From NCBI GenBank assembly GCA_040954595.2, contig CM082581.2, positions 3,154,699 through 3,218,698 of the forward strand: DNA of 64,000 nt, given 5' to 3'. The position numbers and the translations under genes are program-made. The notes under the pieces are model-generated. The model was not told the DNA's origin, did not search any database, and saw only the letters and a list, made by a program, of their open reading frames with translations. This stretch comes from Balanoglossus misakiensis (Eukaryota > Animalia > Hemichordata). Below, piece after piece: positions 1-11,975 of this stretch (the stretch's first letter is position 1; each line of letters starts with the position of its first letter).

Positions 1-957
1 ACCGCCACCGACCGACACAGTAATAATATACTGTTCCAGATATATTCTCCTGCTCAATTTTATTTTTTTATTATATGTTACAGCTTGTGCGACCATATAT
101 AACGGTTAACATAGAATAAGCTATGAGTCTGTTTGGGCGTGATCATATAGACGGGAATCTGTCATGTAAACAGGTCACCATCTGCGACCAACGAACAATA
201 AATGTTACCATCGCTCCTCCATGGCTAAAAATGACTCCGAAGTGACGATAAAACAACAATCGGAAAGGAGCGTCTATCCACTTTGTAGTCATTACATTAC
301 TCATGGGGACTATTGACTTACGAGGAAAAGACACATCGACCCTTCAGGCGTTTTGTACCCTCAACAGTGTAAGTAATGCTGTATTCATTTTGCAAGCAAA
401 ATGCAGGAGTGTCTCCCACAGCGTATACTTCTTCATCGCAGCAAGAGAACCAGAGGCAAATTTCAGAACATTCTTGTACCATCAGATATCTGAAAGCCAC
501 TGATACAGGGTCTGAATAAGTGTGACCGATTTTTTAGCTGTATTGACAGGCCTGAAACCGGGACGACAGTAAAAGACTGCATATGCAGTGTTGTGATTTT
601 CTGGCTACAGGCCAATCCGGGGCTGTGAACCAACATGAGCAAAGGAGTGAAACGTGGGCGTGTGAACACATACGCCTATATCTGACGAAATTGTATTTTA
701 GGTACTCGGTTGTACTTAGTGCCGAGTCCATGATTCCTGTTCCGAGGCCTGAAATTTCGCCAGGTATGCAGGTGTCCATATTCTCACAGAAATGTAACAA
801 TTTTGATGACAGAAGTGTAAAGAGATACCTTACCGAGCAATATATTTTTCTGAGCAATTGGCTCCAAAATTATGATATACATGTACTAGTACATACCTTC
901 AAAATCGTGATACTAGTATTACATAGTGGTTTTTGTTCATTTTGCAGAAATATAGCG

Positions 958-2664
958 ATGGCTGTCAGTGAAATCCTCGGTGGGCTGTTAAGCTTCTTGA
1001 AAGATAATAATCGTTCAGTGTTGAACATCGTCATTATTGGATCAGTCGTCGCTACGAACGCACTGTTGAAATTGGTTGTGCCACAATGTCACTGTGATTA
1101 CAAAATATCCTACGCTGTGTTTTATTTTACATGTCCAGCATTTTTCTTGTTCTCTTTGGGTAAGTATACATGTATATATATAGTGAGGCCCATATCCTCT
1201 TTTAAACAGATATGTGTATGTGTAACTATGTATAAATATGTGCAAACATGCCTCTCGGTTAACTGGGCGGGAGGGGGTCTATATTCGTTACGATGGAAGG
1301 TTTTAGTAATGAAGCCTCCAGTTATCTACAACCTATACTTTTCAATTTTGAGTGCAAACTTATTGTCTGTTTCTTTTCCAAGGAATCGTTCTGCAATCGG
1401 AAACCCTTCATTACATAGCCGGAGCTCGTCGGTTCAAGAAAAAACTCCATTGCTTAGGTATACTGACGATCACACAGCGAGCTATAGTGGCTCCCTTTGT
1501 CTGGATTTTCATTGGTCTCATCGATGGCACGTGAGTATTTGTTGACTGTAAATTCAACATTTAAGAATTTTGAACATTTTCAGTTTCTGTTGTATCAGTC
1601 CTGGAAATCATAATAAGACAACTTTTCGTAAGCCTCCGAATGATATCATGTTTCATATGTGGACTGGAGGCGTGGATTCATTGCACAAGGCCTGCTGGGT
1701 ATTTCACCTTGCTTGGTTGATACAAAACCATTGACGCAAAGTTTTAGTGGACGTAGCTTGAAATTTGTAACCCCATGATTATGAAGGGAGATGATGAAAC
1801 TTTTCAAAAACTGTCATCACCCAATTTTCCTGTCTCGATTCAGCTGGATGTCGTGCGCTCTTGGCGACTGCGTGGACGGTGCGGTGGTGACGTTAGGTTC
1901 GGACAAGTCGCTTTCGCAGATGATTGGCCTAGCCATGCTCGTCATAGCAACAGCCATTGCGTTGGCGCTGCACTGCAAAGGCATCTTCGTCGATAAGAAC
2001 GACTATGAAATTTTACAATACATGAAGCATTACACTAGGGCTGAGAAATCATACCTTGATATTGCATTGCAGGTAGGAATCTTTAGTATATTTGACTCTC
2101 AGCGTCTCGAAAGAAAGGAAATGGGTAGTCTTTGTGTGCGTCATTTAAGCATGAACCCTGTACCTATTCTAGTTTTATACAAAGTTTTGATTTGTATTAC
2201 TTTGTTATCAACCCGTTGCCACGGTGATCAACCAAGTCTCACAAGATCTCGCAATGAGAGGAAAGCCGTCCATTAGTAGCATTTGGTCTCGAATTTTCAA
2301 TTGGACCAGCACACCCCAACAGAACAAAGACTTGTTTCCAAACTGCCTTTACTTGTAACCGTGGTCTAGATAATAAAAGGGGAGGGAACGAGGGACTCTC
2401 GAATAACGTTCTTATTCTGTTCAACAACAACAGGATTCCGCTGAAGAAGAAGCCAAGAAGGACGTTACCGAGCTTTTCCAACATGCCGCGTATCTCCGTC
2501 GACTGAACCAGGCCGGGTGGGAAGCCCAGAAGGAAAGATTCATCGCCAGACAACGACAAAAGTGGGAGAGCAGTGACGAAGGCGGGGATACCACTGCGGG
2601 CGAAGCAAAGATGTCAGATGTTGCGATTGCATTAACTGAACGCACACTCTTGGTTAACAAGTAA
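958..2664 (+). CDS. CALHM: CALHM-family (calcium homeostasis modulator-like) 4-TM large-pore channel, paralog A, 269 aa, 4 coding exons
   Basis: Exons 958-1159, 1383-1530, 1844-2072, 2434-2664; all introns GT-AG with consistent phases 1/2/0; total 810 nt. CALHM motifs: N-terminal helix FLKDNNRSVLN, C-x-C (QCHC) before TM2 Y..CPAFFLFSLG, TM3 RAIVAPFVWIFIGLIDGTWMSCA (cf. CALHM1 [23 protein letters not shown]), TM4 SQMIGL, C-terminal helix YMKHYTRAEKSYLD. Family-level call only; no orthologue is claimed. Confidence 0.9.
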
Positions 2665-4162
2665 TACGCTGATGAGGAAGGGTAATGTTTCGATAGACCC
2701 CCTCATCGATACAGCGATGGCAAACGGGAGTAAGAGGGGGATTTCAAAATATGTTAATGCGAGTGGCATTGGAAGCGTTGGTACTGTACATTGGAATTAT
2801 AGACGATAAATATTTTTGGTTTCTCTAATGTAAAGACGTGCCCGAATTTCCACGCGTTCTGACGTCTGTTTTTATATTTCCCTTGTCAACGAGTGGTGTA
2901 ATGTACGTCCTAAGGGTATGGTAAAGTAAGGGAGATATCAGTTATTACTGGGGGTAGCTATGAGAAATTGAGGTTGGTCGGTTACGTTCTTACTTGGCGC
3001 ATGACTATAGTGAGACCACCTCCTACGCTATGTATTATATGTATGTGAACCTCTCGCCGGTATATTTTAGTCTGAGACTGATGTATGGATTGAACTTTAT
3101 ATGGATTATCACTATAATTTTTTTAGTATATCAATATCCACATTACTATAACATTCGTCACAAAAATGCAGTAGATTATGTTTCCTTAAAGATAGAATCA
3201 CCATGACCATGATGGTGAATGCTTTGTTGACTTGAACATGCAATCATGGGCTATAGATACTGACTTTTGAGCATGAAAGAAACATACGCACTGAATTTGA
3301 TTCACGAATGTGTCGCCCTCTGTGGCGGACACAAATTGACCCTTGATCTGTGCAAGAGCACAATATGCTCTGTGCAGCTCCTCCGCCAGAAGCGAGGATA
3401 CCGTACCGACCAGTAATCTTCAAATGAATATCTCCAGTTCAAATCTTCACGAATAACGACCCTGGGTTATATTTTTTAAGGTCGAACAATGTAAGTATGA
3501 TTATTCATTTGAAATGTTTAAGCAGTAGAATGTTGACAGGCATCGGGTGGTGCGTACTTCAAAACGGTTTGCTGATGGACGAGTTTGTGTGAGTAACAGA
3601 GTTTAATAGATGGATAATTTTATTACATCATAACAACAACAACAAAACCACGGAGAAATAGAGGAACTGGGATCGGATGCACAGACACTTTGAGGCAGGG
3701 CGAAGAATCGATCCGAGAGCGGTGGTGAAAAAAATGAAACTGCATTCAGGTGACCGGAAATATTGAAGGGATCTCAAAATATCTCGCTGACATTACCGAC
3801 CAAACATTCAATCAATATGTAAACAGAAGTAACCACCAGTGCTTTCGTTGCGCGGTATATAAATAACAGTCCTTCAATTGAAGGGACAAAGTCGCTCTTT
3901 CTGATCTAACTTCCTGAATACATGGAGTACATTGAATCTCTGTTCGAACATTTGTTTGTCGAGATAACAATCGTAGGCAGTGGCTTGAGTTATCTTCAAG
4001 TTCAACTCATTGCGTAGTAACGTGTATTTGTTGTGAACGATTTCGGTAATCACATTAACTGCCAATAACTCCTCTGGTCACATGACTACCTGTCAGTTTA
4101 CAACCATGATGTGATACGTTTGTGATTGCTGTCATCTTTATTTATTTCGCAGACTTGTAAAG

Positions 4163-6262
4163 ATGAGCGCGCAAGTCATCTGTGATGGTCTCGAAGCTAT
4201 ATCGAGTTTCTTCGTGCAAAATAAACGTTCCGTGAAGAATATCTTAGTCATCGGTTTGGTCTTTGCTGTGAAAGCATTGTCGAAATTGGTTGTCCTAAGA
4301 TGCCATTGCGATTTCAAAATGTATTATTCTGTGTTTTATTTGATATGCCCAGCATTTTTCTTGTTTGGTTTGGGTAAGTAGCGTGATGACTTATCGTTTT
4401 TCATTCACAATAAAGACCAACGATTGGACGTTGTGTGTCCATCGATGATTGGTCCTTGTAGGCCGGCCGCTTACGACGAACTGATTGGCTGGTGCTTTTC
4501 TCGCAGGATTCATTTCAACATTTATCTAACAGCATTGTGATTGATTTCTTTCCGTTTGAAATATCTCGCGTTGTAATGTTCAGCGCCACGTACCTGGCAT
4601 CCCGTGCCTTTCCCATACGCTCATTCCGGAATGGCCTCATTAGGCTCGTGAGTGAGAACTGCAGTCGACCAATAAAGACAGAGGAAAATACGGGTCGGGT
4701 GTATGCCCGATGATGTTGGCATATGGGGAAACTATGGACGCTTACCTTGCCGCGAGCAAAAAGTCGACAGTATAGGCAATGCTGTAAACCATATACCCGC
4801 AATATGTTTAACTAATATGAACAATCTGTAAGCGTGTCCCATTTACTTTATTGCGTTTCCTAAACTCATGGGTTTACCACGTGGCTGTGGCACTTGACTG
4901 TACCATTTTCATTTCAAACTATTCGGCGAGATACAGAGTGTACGTACATTCCTCGAACTTGACGTGAATTCATTATATCATTTCTTCTCTAAGGCATTGT
5001 TCTACAGACTTCAAACTTTCGTTTCATGGCCGGGGCTCGTCGGTACGGGAAGAGCGTCTCCAGGATTGGGCTCTGGAGGACACTTGAGTGGTCCTTCCTG
5101 GCCTCCTTCGTGTGGATTTTCCTTTGTCTTTTCGATGGCAAGTGAGTAACACCTTTTACATGTGACATCAAACCGCGTGCCAGAACTGACGACAAGTCAA
5201 CAGATTACTTCTATCAGAGAAGAAGAGCTGGTAGGCCCTGTGGTACATTTGCGTTCTATAATTATTTCTAAGAGTGACGGCAAGCGAAAATATTTCTTGA
5301 AACGAAGACTGTCAAAACTGAGATAAGTGGGGGCTCTTGAACACCCCTGTGGTGAATTCTGCAGTGTGAATAGGCCTCAGCCCTGCAGTGGCCAGGTATA
5401 AATTGAAAATCCCGGAACCACACATCAGACAAGCCGTTGAGACATTTAAATGGAAAGTATTAGCAAAGTAATAATTATACAATGGGCAATAATTTGGCTT
5501 GATTTCTTGCTTTTTTTTTCATTCAGCTGGCTTGCATGTGCCCGTGCCGACTGCGCCAACGGGGAAGCGGTGATGTCGGATGCGGACATATTGCTCTCGC
5601 AGATGATTGGCCTAGTTCTCCTCCTCGTCGCAACAGTGATTGCCCTGGGCATATTCTGCAGCACCATCTGCGTTGACGATTATACTTATGAGCATGCCCG
5701 TTACGTGGAATGGTACACCGAGGCCGAACGAAAAATAATAGACAAAGAACTACGAGTATGAATTTTTATATTCGTCTTGATCTAAGGAAGGGGTTTTTAT
5801 ATAAGGCAGTATATAGTCAGTGTATATGAACTGATAGACCGAACATATTTTTTCAACGTCAACGAAATATTGCGAACGACAGAACGGTCAGAATATAGTA
5901 GTTAACAAATTGGAAACCCCGCTTTGATCTAACACTATCTAAATGTAAATTCCACCGAGTATTACATAAATGTGCTTTCTTATTCTTGTCTATAACGGCA
6001 GAGCGCTGCTAAAGATGGGGCCAGAAGTAACATTACCAAGTTTTTCGAATTTGCCGGACCTATTGCTCAACTGGACAGGAGTAGATGGCTCAAAGTGATG
6101 GCCTCCTGGGACGAAATGAAACGGCAACAAAAGGAGTCTATGTGCGAAACTGGGAGTCTAGGCGATGGGGAAGAAAGTGGAGCGAAGGGCGAAGATATTC
6201 CTGCGGAGGGAACAAGCGGTCCTCCGAAACAAACTGAGTTGACACCCTTGATCGATAAATGA
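4163..6262 (+). CDS. CALHM: CALHM-family channel, paralog B, 282 aa, 4 coding exons
   Basis: Exons 4163-4373, 4994-5141, 5527-5755, 6002-6262. Internal exon lengths (148, 229 nt) and phases are identical to paralog A. Motifs RCHC, CPAFFLFGLGIVLQ, FVWIFLCLFDGNWLACA, SQMIGL, YVEWYTEAERKIID. Confidence 0.9.
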
Positions 6263-6904
6263 TCATACATCTATGTGACCGATAATAGATACCCCGGAAA
6301 TGAATTGTCAGCACTTTCACTTTTGAAGCCTGATTGGCGCTACAGATGTTGTTTTAGTCTTTAAGGCGGTGTCACCAATTATTAACGTTCACACTATCTA
6401 CGTAGCAACCCGGACAATGAACAGAAAATACAGCACAGTTAATTAGCATCCCATGGAAACATGTAATATATGGTAATTTTCGATAATTATTTTAGTTAGA
6501 ACCTCTTAATTTGATCATCCTTGTAAGAATATTCTCACTATAATACAAAGAACGAATTTTAAAGCAACAAAATATGGTGCGATTTATGACTAAATAATAA
6601 TACCAAAAGAAATCCAGTCGTTTCCAGAAAATGTGGGGCTGTCTATGTTCTTCTATTTTAGACCCACGGCAGCACAATAGGCGTAAGTTCATATGGTAAT
6701 TCTTTTTTCATGAATTACAACTTTGGATAACATGCCTGTAAAAAAACTGGCACTGATCGAACGTGAATCACCAGCAAGCAGATAAACGTTCTCGTACCAC
6801 GCACTCGCCTTATTGGTTTATTTTTATTTTAAGGTTAAACAACGACGCGGCAGTACTGCCCGTCCATTTCGTATGCAGTCACTGTATCCAAAAATAGTTC
6901 CATT

Positions 6905-7095
6905 CTGCTATGTGCGCTCTTTCGGGCTGTGCTCTGACGGCGCACTATTGAGGTCAGATGCAGACAAACCGGTCTGGCAAATAAATAGTTCAGCCGTTAT
7001 CGTCCTCACAACGTTACAGATGGTACTTTCGGGATGTCTATATTGATGAGTCCACGTAGGAATTCGTGCGATACATGCAACAGTGTACGAAAGTC
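6905..7095 (+). pseudogene. Decayed exon-3 remnant of a third CALHM paralog
   Basis: With frameshifts and a stop, it reads CAL..CSDGALLRSDADKPVWQI...DEST*EFVRYMQQCTK. This aligns to exon 3 of A (CALGDCVDGAVVTLGSDKSLSQM...DYEILQYMKHYTR) and B (SDADILLSQM...YEHARYVEWYT). It ends next to a LINE fragment. Confidence 0.6.
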
Positions 7096-7104
7096 ATCTG
7101 TTTA

Positions 7105-8340
7105 CACAATTACATGTATTTCATTCGTATATATGTTCATTCCACATTAATTCTAGTCACGTTTGCAATATTTGTTGGGTGGATACACAAGCGTCAGTTT
7201 ATTAGGGTGTTTTCAATTGACCTCGTTAATTTGCCACCAAAATTATATTGCAGACGTATTCGCATGTTATACCCAAGAACATGTTGGGTCCAGGTTGAGT
7301 TGTAAACGGAAACCTTGGCTCACAGTTACGACAATAGGATTTTCGGGGGTTGACCCTTGTCAGTGCTTGGAAATTTCCAGGCTCTCACATTCCCTGAGTG
7401 TCTGGAAATTTCCGACCACTGACCCTTGTCAGTGCTTGGAAATTTCCAGGCTCTCACATTCCCTGAGTGTCTGGAAATTTCCGACCACTGACCCTTGTCA
7501 GTGCTTGGAAATTTCCAGGCTCTCACATTCCCTGAGTGTCTGGAACTGTCCGACCACTGACCCTTGTCTAATACCTCTTTCTACGGTGAACCACCCAGTG
7601 GAAAAACCATTATTGACCACACAACTTCGTACATCATTATAAAACACTTTTATCCAAATTACAGAATGTATGCCCGAAACCAAAGAGTTCCAAAGCTTTA
7701 TGCGTCATGCCCCACTCCAAGCTGTCAAAAGCTTTCTTAAAGTCTATAAATAATATTGCTCCTGGTAATTCTTCGTTTTCCATGTATTCTATTAAATCTC
7801 ATATTAGCCTCATATTCTCCAGTATGCTCCTGACTTTAATGAAGGCCGTTTGATCTTTGTGTATTATGGATTGGAGAACTTTTGAAATTCGTAACGCCAT
7901 ACATCTGCTTGCTGCTTTGTAATCCGACAATGAGATGGGCGCCAATTTTGTAGATAGAGCGGGTCTTTATTTGGCTTGGGGAGTAGGGCGATAACTGCTT
8001 GTCTTTGAGAATGGGAGAGTTTGCCAATTGTATATGCGTAATTTAAACTTTTTACCAGGTGGGTCCCTAATTTCTTCCAAAATGCTAGGTAAAATTCCTG
8101 GGGTAATCCGTCACTGCCCGGGGTTTTATTTGTGGGCGCTGACTTTAATGCTTCGTATACTTCATTTTCAGAGAGTGCTCCCTCACATTGTTCTATTTCA
8201 GTTTGTTTTAACTTCGATATATTGGTGGATTGAAGAAAAATTTGGCCTGTTCATCATCTTTAGGTTGTAAATACGTTTTGTAAGCCGTTTGATAGTCTGT
8301 AGATGATCCGACGCTGCATTCTACAGTTACTGGTTAAGAC
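7105..8340 (-). mobile_element. L1/Tx1-clade LINE ORF2 fragment, degenerate
   Basis: Minus-strand motifs, broken by frameshifts and stops: CEGALSENEVYEALKSAPTNK(T)PGSDGLPQEFY, IIHKDQTAFIK..SILENMRLI, AILFIDFKKAFDSLEW, FYNDVRSCVVNNGFSTGWFTVERGIRQG. Confidence 0.88.
7351..7568. repeat. 69-bp minisatellite, 3 units plus 11 bp
   Basis: Unit tgacccttgtcagtgcttggaaatttccaggctctcacattccctgagtgtctggaaatttccgaccac starts at 7351, 7420, 7489, with a partial copy at 7558. Confidence 0.95.
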
Positions 8341-8377
8341 TATTGTTTCTGTAATCATAAGATGCGATAGATTAAGT

Positions 8378-9363
8378 GTCCTGATCCTATGTACACTGTA
8401 TGCAATAAAGGGAATGAGGCTCCTCACACCTCAATTATAAATTTCTTAAAGTAATTGAATTATATAATAATATCGTTGCAATAAAGAAATTTATGAACAA
8501 AATAAAATGACAAGTCAATACAATAGTTGCTAGAATTGGTAAAACAAGAAAAGTGGCGGGGTGGGCGTGGGCGGGGGTGTCCCCCTCCCACATAAGAAAA
8601 TTTTGTAAAATACGGTGCTCAAAATTGCATTTTAATGAACTCAAAAGCAAATTAACTAAATGTTACGCAGGACAAATTTGGATTTTGCCACTCCACTCAA
8701 AGTAAGCATAGGGGTGGGGTGGGAAGAAGTCTGCCCTGGTACACTAGACAAACTAGCGAATAAATGATATGTTGCGAAGAATGGAGGGGTGGATGTGGGG
8801 GTGTCCCCCTCCCACATATGAAAATTTTGTAAAATATGTAGCTCAAAGTTGCATTTTTATGAACTCAAAAGCAAATTTATCTCAATGTTTGGGTGGACCA
8901 ATTTTACTTTTTGCCATTCCACTCAAAGTTAGAAGATTTGTCATCTTCGTCATGACATCATTTATAAAACTTCCAGCATATAGAAGATGCAGCACGAAAC
9001 TATCAGTTATGCGAAATGGATGAAACGATTATTCTCCTTTATGTATTTACTTTGTTAAATATTATCATCAGTGGGGTTGGGGTGGCAAGCACTCTGCCCT
9101 GGTACACTAGACAATCCAGCAGAAATCGAAATGTGGCGGAGAATGTAGGGGGTGGGTTATTTTGTAAAATAAAGGGCGCGAAACTGCAATTTTGTGGACT
9201 CAAAACCAAAAGTTCGGTGGCAAAAGTATGTGACCCCCCCCCCTAAACGTTTAAAAAAACAGATGACCTCCCCCCCCCCCCTTTGGACTTCAAAATTAAA
9301 GTGACCCCCCCCCTGGATTTTGCCGCCCCCCCCCCCCCCAGGCCGTAAAAACTGAACGGTCCC
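8378..9363 (-). mobile_element. PIF/Harbinger-type MITE, one end truncated; same family as 23657-24448
   Basis: Ends ...aaaaactgaacggtccc followed by TTA. The internal sequence is the reverse complement of the 23657-24290 copy, with an extra internal duplication. Confidence 0.8.
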
Positions 9364-9973
9364 TTAATAGTGAATTTAAAGGTTGGTATTTCTACGTACT
9401 GTGCCCAAATGAAAAAAAAAAGATAGAAAAGAAATGTAACAAGACCTGAACTAGGGGAGGGGTTTCCCGACTATATCGTATTATGAGACATTTTCATAAA
9501 TTTGGGTGATTTCTTATTGCTTCCGAGTTAGGTGAAAAAATACTTTAGGTTCGGTAGGCTTTAACGGAAATACAAAGTTTTCTTCTTAGGCCTAAATTTG
9601 AGGGAACACTTCAAATTATTATACAACATGTAAGCTTGCAATTACACTATCGAGTTGTAGAAAATACTTCAGACTACAATAAAATAATATCGGCTCATCA
9701 ACAAATCATCGTACAAACATACACAAATCAGAACTACTTTTCTCATCGTCACATGATGCCCAATGCTCAAAGTGATATATAAGTGAATCATCCAGGGATG
9801 CGCCTCTGATCGTGGCAATGTCTATAGCGCCAAACAGTGACAAAATACCACGAGGATTTAAAGCCTCTACATATACATACGAAGGGCATTCTATACTTCA
9901 TCAGATTTCCGAAAAGGAAGAAAAAAGTTAATTGTTTGCAATTTTCAAAAAATTAGCATTTTTGATTGTCACG

Positions 9974-10200
9974 GTACGCGTGTTTCTGCTGTAGAGTGCC
10001 GGGGCATCAGCCGAGCCAAGCCGTAGGAAATCTGACTTTATCAACGTGGTCACTGTACGCGTGTTTCTGCTGTAGAGTGCCCGGGCTTTAGTCGAGCCAG
10101 GCCGTAGAAAACTTGACATGTTCAACGTTGCCAGTGTGCAACTGTTTCTGCTCTAGAGTGTCGGGGATTAAGCCGACTTAGGCTGTAGGAAATTTGAGTT
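9974..10200. repeat. 81-bp tandem repeat array A (about 3 units)
   Basis: gtacgcgtgtttctgctgtagagtgcc recurs at 9974 and 10055, followed by a diverged third unit. Confidence 0.85.
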
Positions 10201-10299
10201 GTTGAACGGGAAGTCTACGTCAGATAACCCGTCTGGAAAATATCTCGACCCGTTTGAAACTAAGAAAACTGTTGTTGTTTTTTGTTAAAATGACCATTT

Positions 10300-11050
10300 T
10301 TAGCAAAAATGCCAAAAATGGCAATTATGTCTTAGGTGATTTAAATCATACCGCCTTTTCTTGGATTTGCATCACTTTTTACAAGAGAAGGGCAGTTCAT
10401 GCTCCATAAGATTTCGGAAAATGAAGAAAACAGCTAAATCTTTGGATTTTTTTAAAATTGACTATTTTTGTCAAAATATGGCCAAATGGCTATTTTTTCT
10501 TGAATTCCCTCGCTGTCTCTGCATTTTTGTAGTGGTCGAAAATTTTAACAGAAAATCAACCTGTCATATATGATCAGGGTACCGAATTCGAAATAAAAGG
10601 TATTTTTTCTCCTAAAAATGACATTTTAGGCGAAAACTTGATAAAAGGCAATTTTGTCTGTCTTTTGAGGAATTTGCATCAATATATACAAACGAAGGAC
10701 ATTCTATACTCCATCAGATTTCGGAAAATGAAGAAAACAGTTAATTTTTTGTAATTTTCAAAAATTTGCCATTTTTGACCAAAATGTGGCTAAAATGGCT
10801 ATTTTCGTATTGAATTCCGTCAGTGTCACTGCTTTTTACAGTCATCAAAACTTTTAACATACAAGCGACAGTTTATATATGATCAGGTCAACGAATTCAA
10901 AAAACAAAGATTGTTTTTTTTTTTCCTAAAATTACATTTGAGATGCAAAAATAGATAAAAGGCAATTTTGTCTTAAATCAGCTCATTCAGATTGTATTCT
11001 TTTAGAATCACCATAAATGGACATTTCATACATCATCAGATATCCAAATA
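10300..11050. repeat. Diverged AT-rich tandem repeat, period about 315-325 bp
   Basis: ggcaatt(a/t)tgtct at about 10320, 10647 and 10961. The block gatttcggaaaatgaagaaaacag recurs at about 10410 and 10718, and in diverged form at about 9904. Confidence 0.7.
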
Positions 11051-11364
11051 CGAAGAAATGATTTAGTTATTAGATGGTTGACCAAAAGTAGCTGATCTCC
11101 AATAAATGTATAGTGTTGAACCTTTCTATTTTCCATCTCTATTATATGCGGGAAGCCGATGTCAGCGTACCCGGCAGTACTGCAGGCCGTGCCCCAACTA
11201 ACCTCGGTGTTTGAAACGCCCTGCTTCCCCCACTATGTTAAATGCGGGCTTTCGCTATCAAATTTTCATGCAATAATGCAATCCTGCCCAAACAAATATC
11301 GAGTGTTGACCCGCTGTAATTTCCCCCCTTTGTAGCCAACGTCTTTCTACTACAGTGTCCGACG

Positions 11365-11975
11365 GGTCTTTAGCTGAGCCAGGCCGTAGGATATCTGACG
11401 TGATCACTGTTATTAACTTACGCCAGACTGTGTCATATATAGCCGGGGCTTCTGTCGAGCCAGACCGAAGGAAATCTGACTTGATCAACGTGGTCAATGT
11501 ACGCGTGTTTCCGCTCTAGAGTGCCGGGGCTTCAGCTAACCCAGGCTGTAGGACATCCGACGTGATCACCGGTATTAACTTACGCCAGTCTGTGTCATAA
11601 AGAGCCGGGGCGTCAGCCGAGCCAGGCCGAAGGAAATCTGACTTGATCAACGTTGTCACTGTACGCGTGTTTCTGCTGTAGAGTGCCGGGACTTCAGCTA
11701 AGCCAGACCGTACGAAATCAGACGTGATCTCCGTTGTTAAATAACGCCAGTCTGTGTCATATTGTGCCGGGGCATCAGCCGAGCCAAGCCGTTGGAAATC
11801 TGACTTGATCACCGTCGCTATTGTACGCCAGTGTCTGTTATAGACTCACATGGCCACAGCCAAGCCAGGCAGAAAAAAAAACTTGAATTGTTCAACGTTG
11901 CCAGTGTGCACCTGTTTCTGATCTACTAGAGTGTGGGGGTTTTAGCCGACTTAGACTGTAGGAAATCTGAGTTGA
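11365..11975. repeat. 81-bp tandem repeat array B (about 7-8 units, two alternating subtypes)
   Basis: Same unit as array A. Subtypes carry either gtacgcgtgtttc or ttacgccagtctgtgtc. The downstream flank (ggaagtcta.gtcagataacccgtctggaaa...) is shared with array A. Confidence 0.85.

Noticed and set aside
583-1545. 320-aa ORF as a single-exon gene
   Set aside because: It is read-through of intron sequence around CALHM exon 1; the spliced model matches paralog B.
7351-7568. CRISPR-like array
   Set aside because: Units are fully repeated with no unique spacers, there are no cas genes, and the context is eukaryotic.
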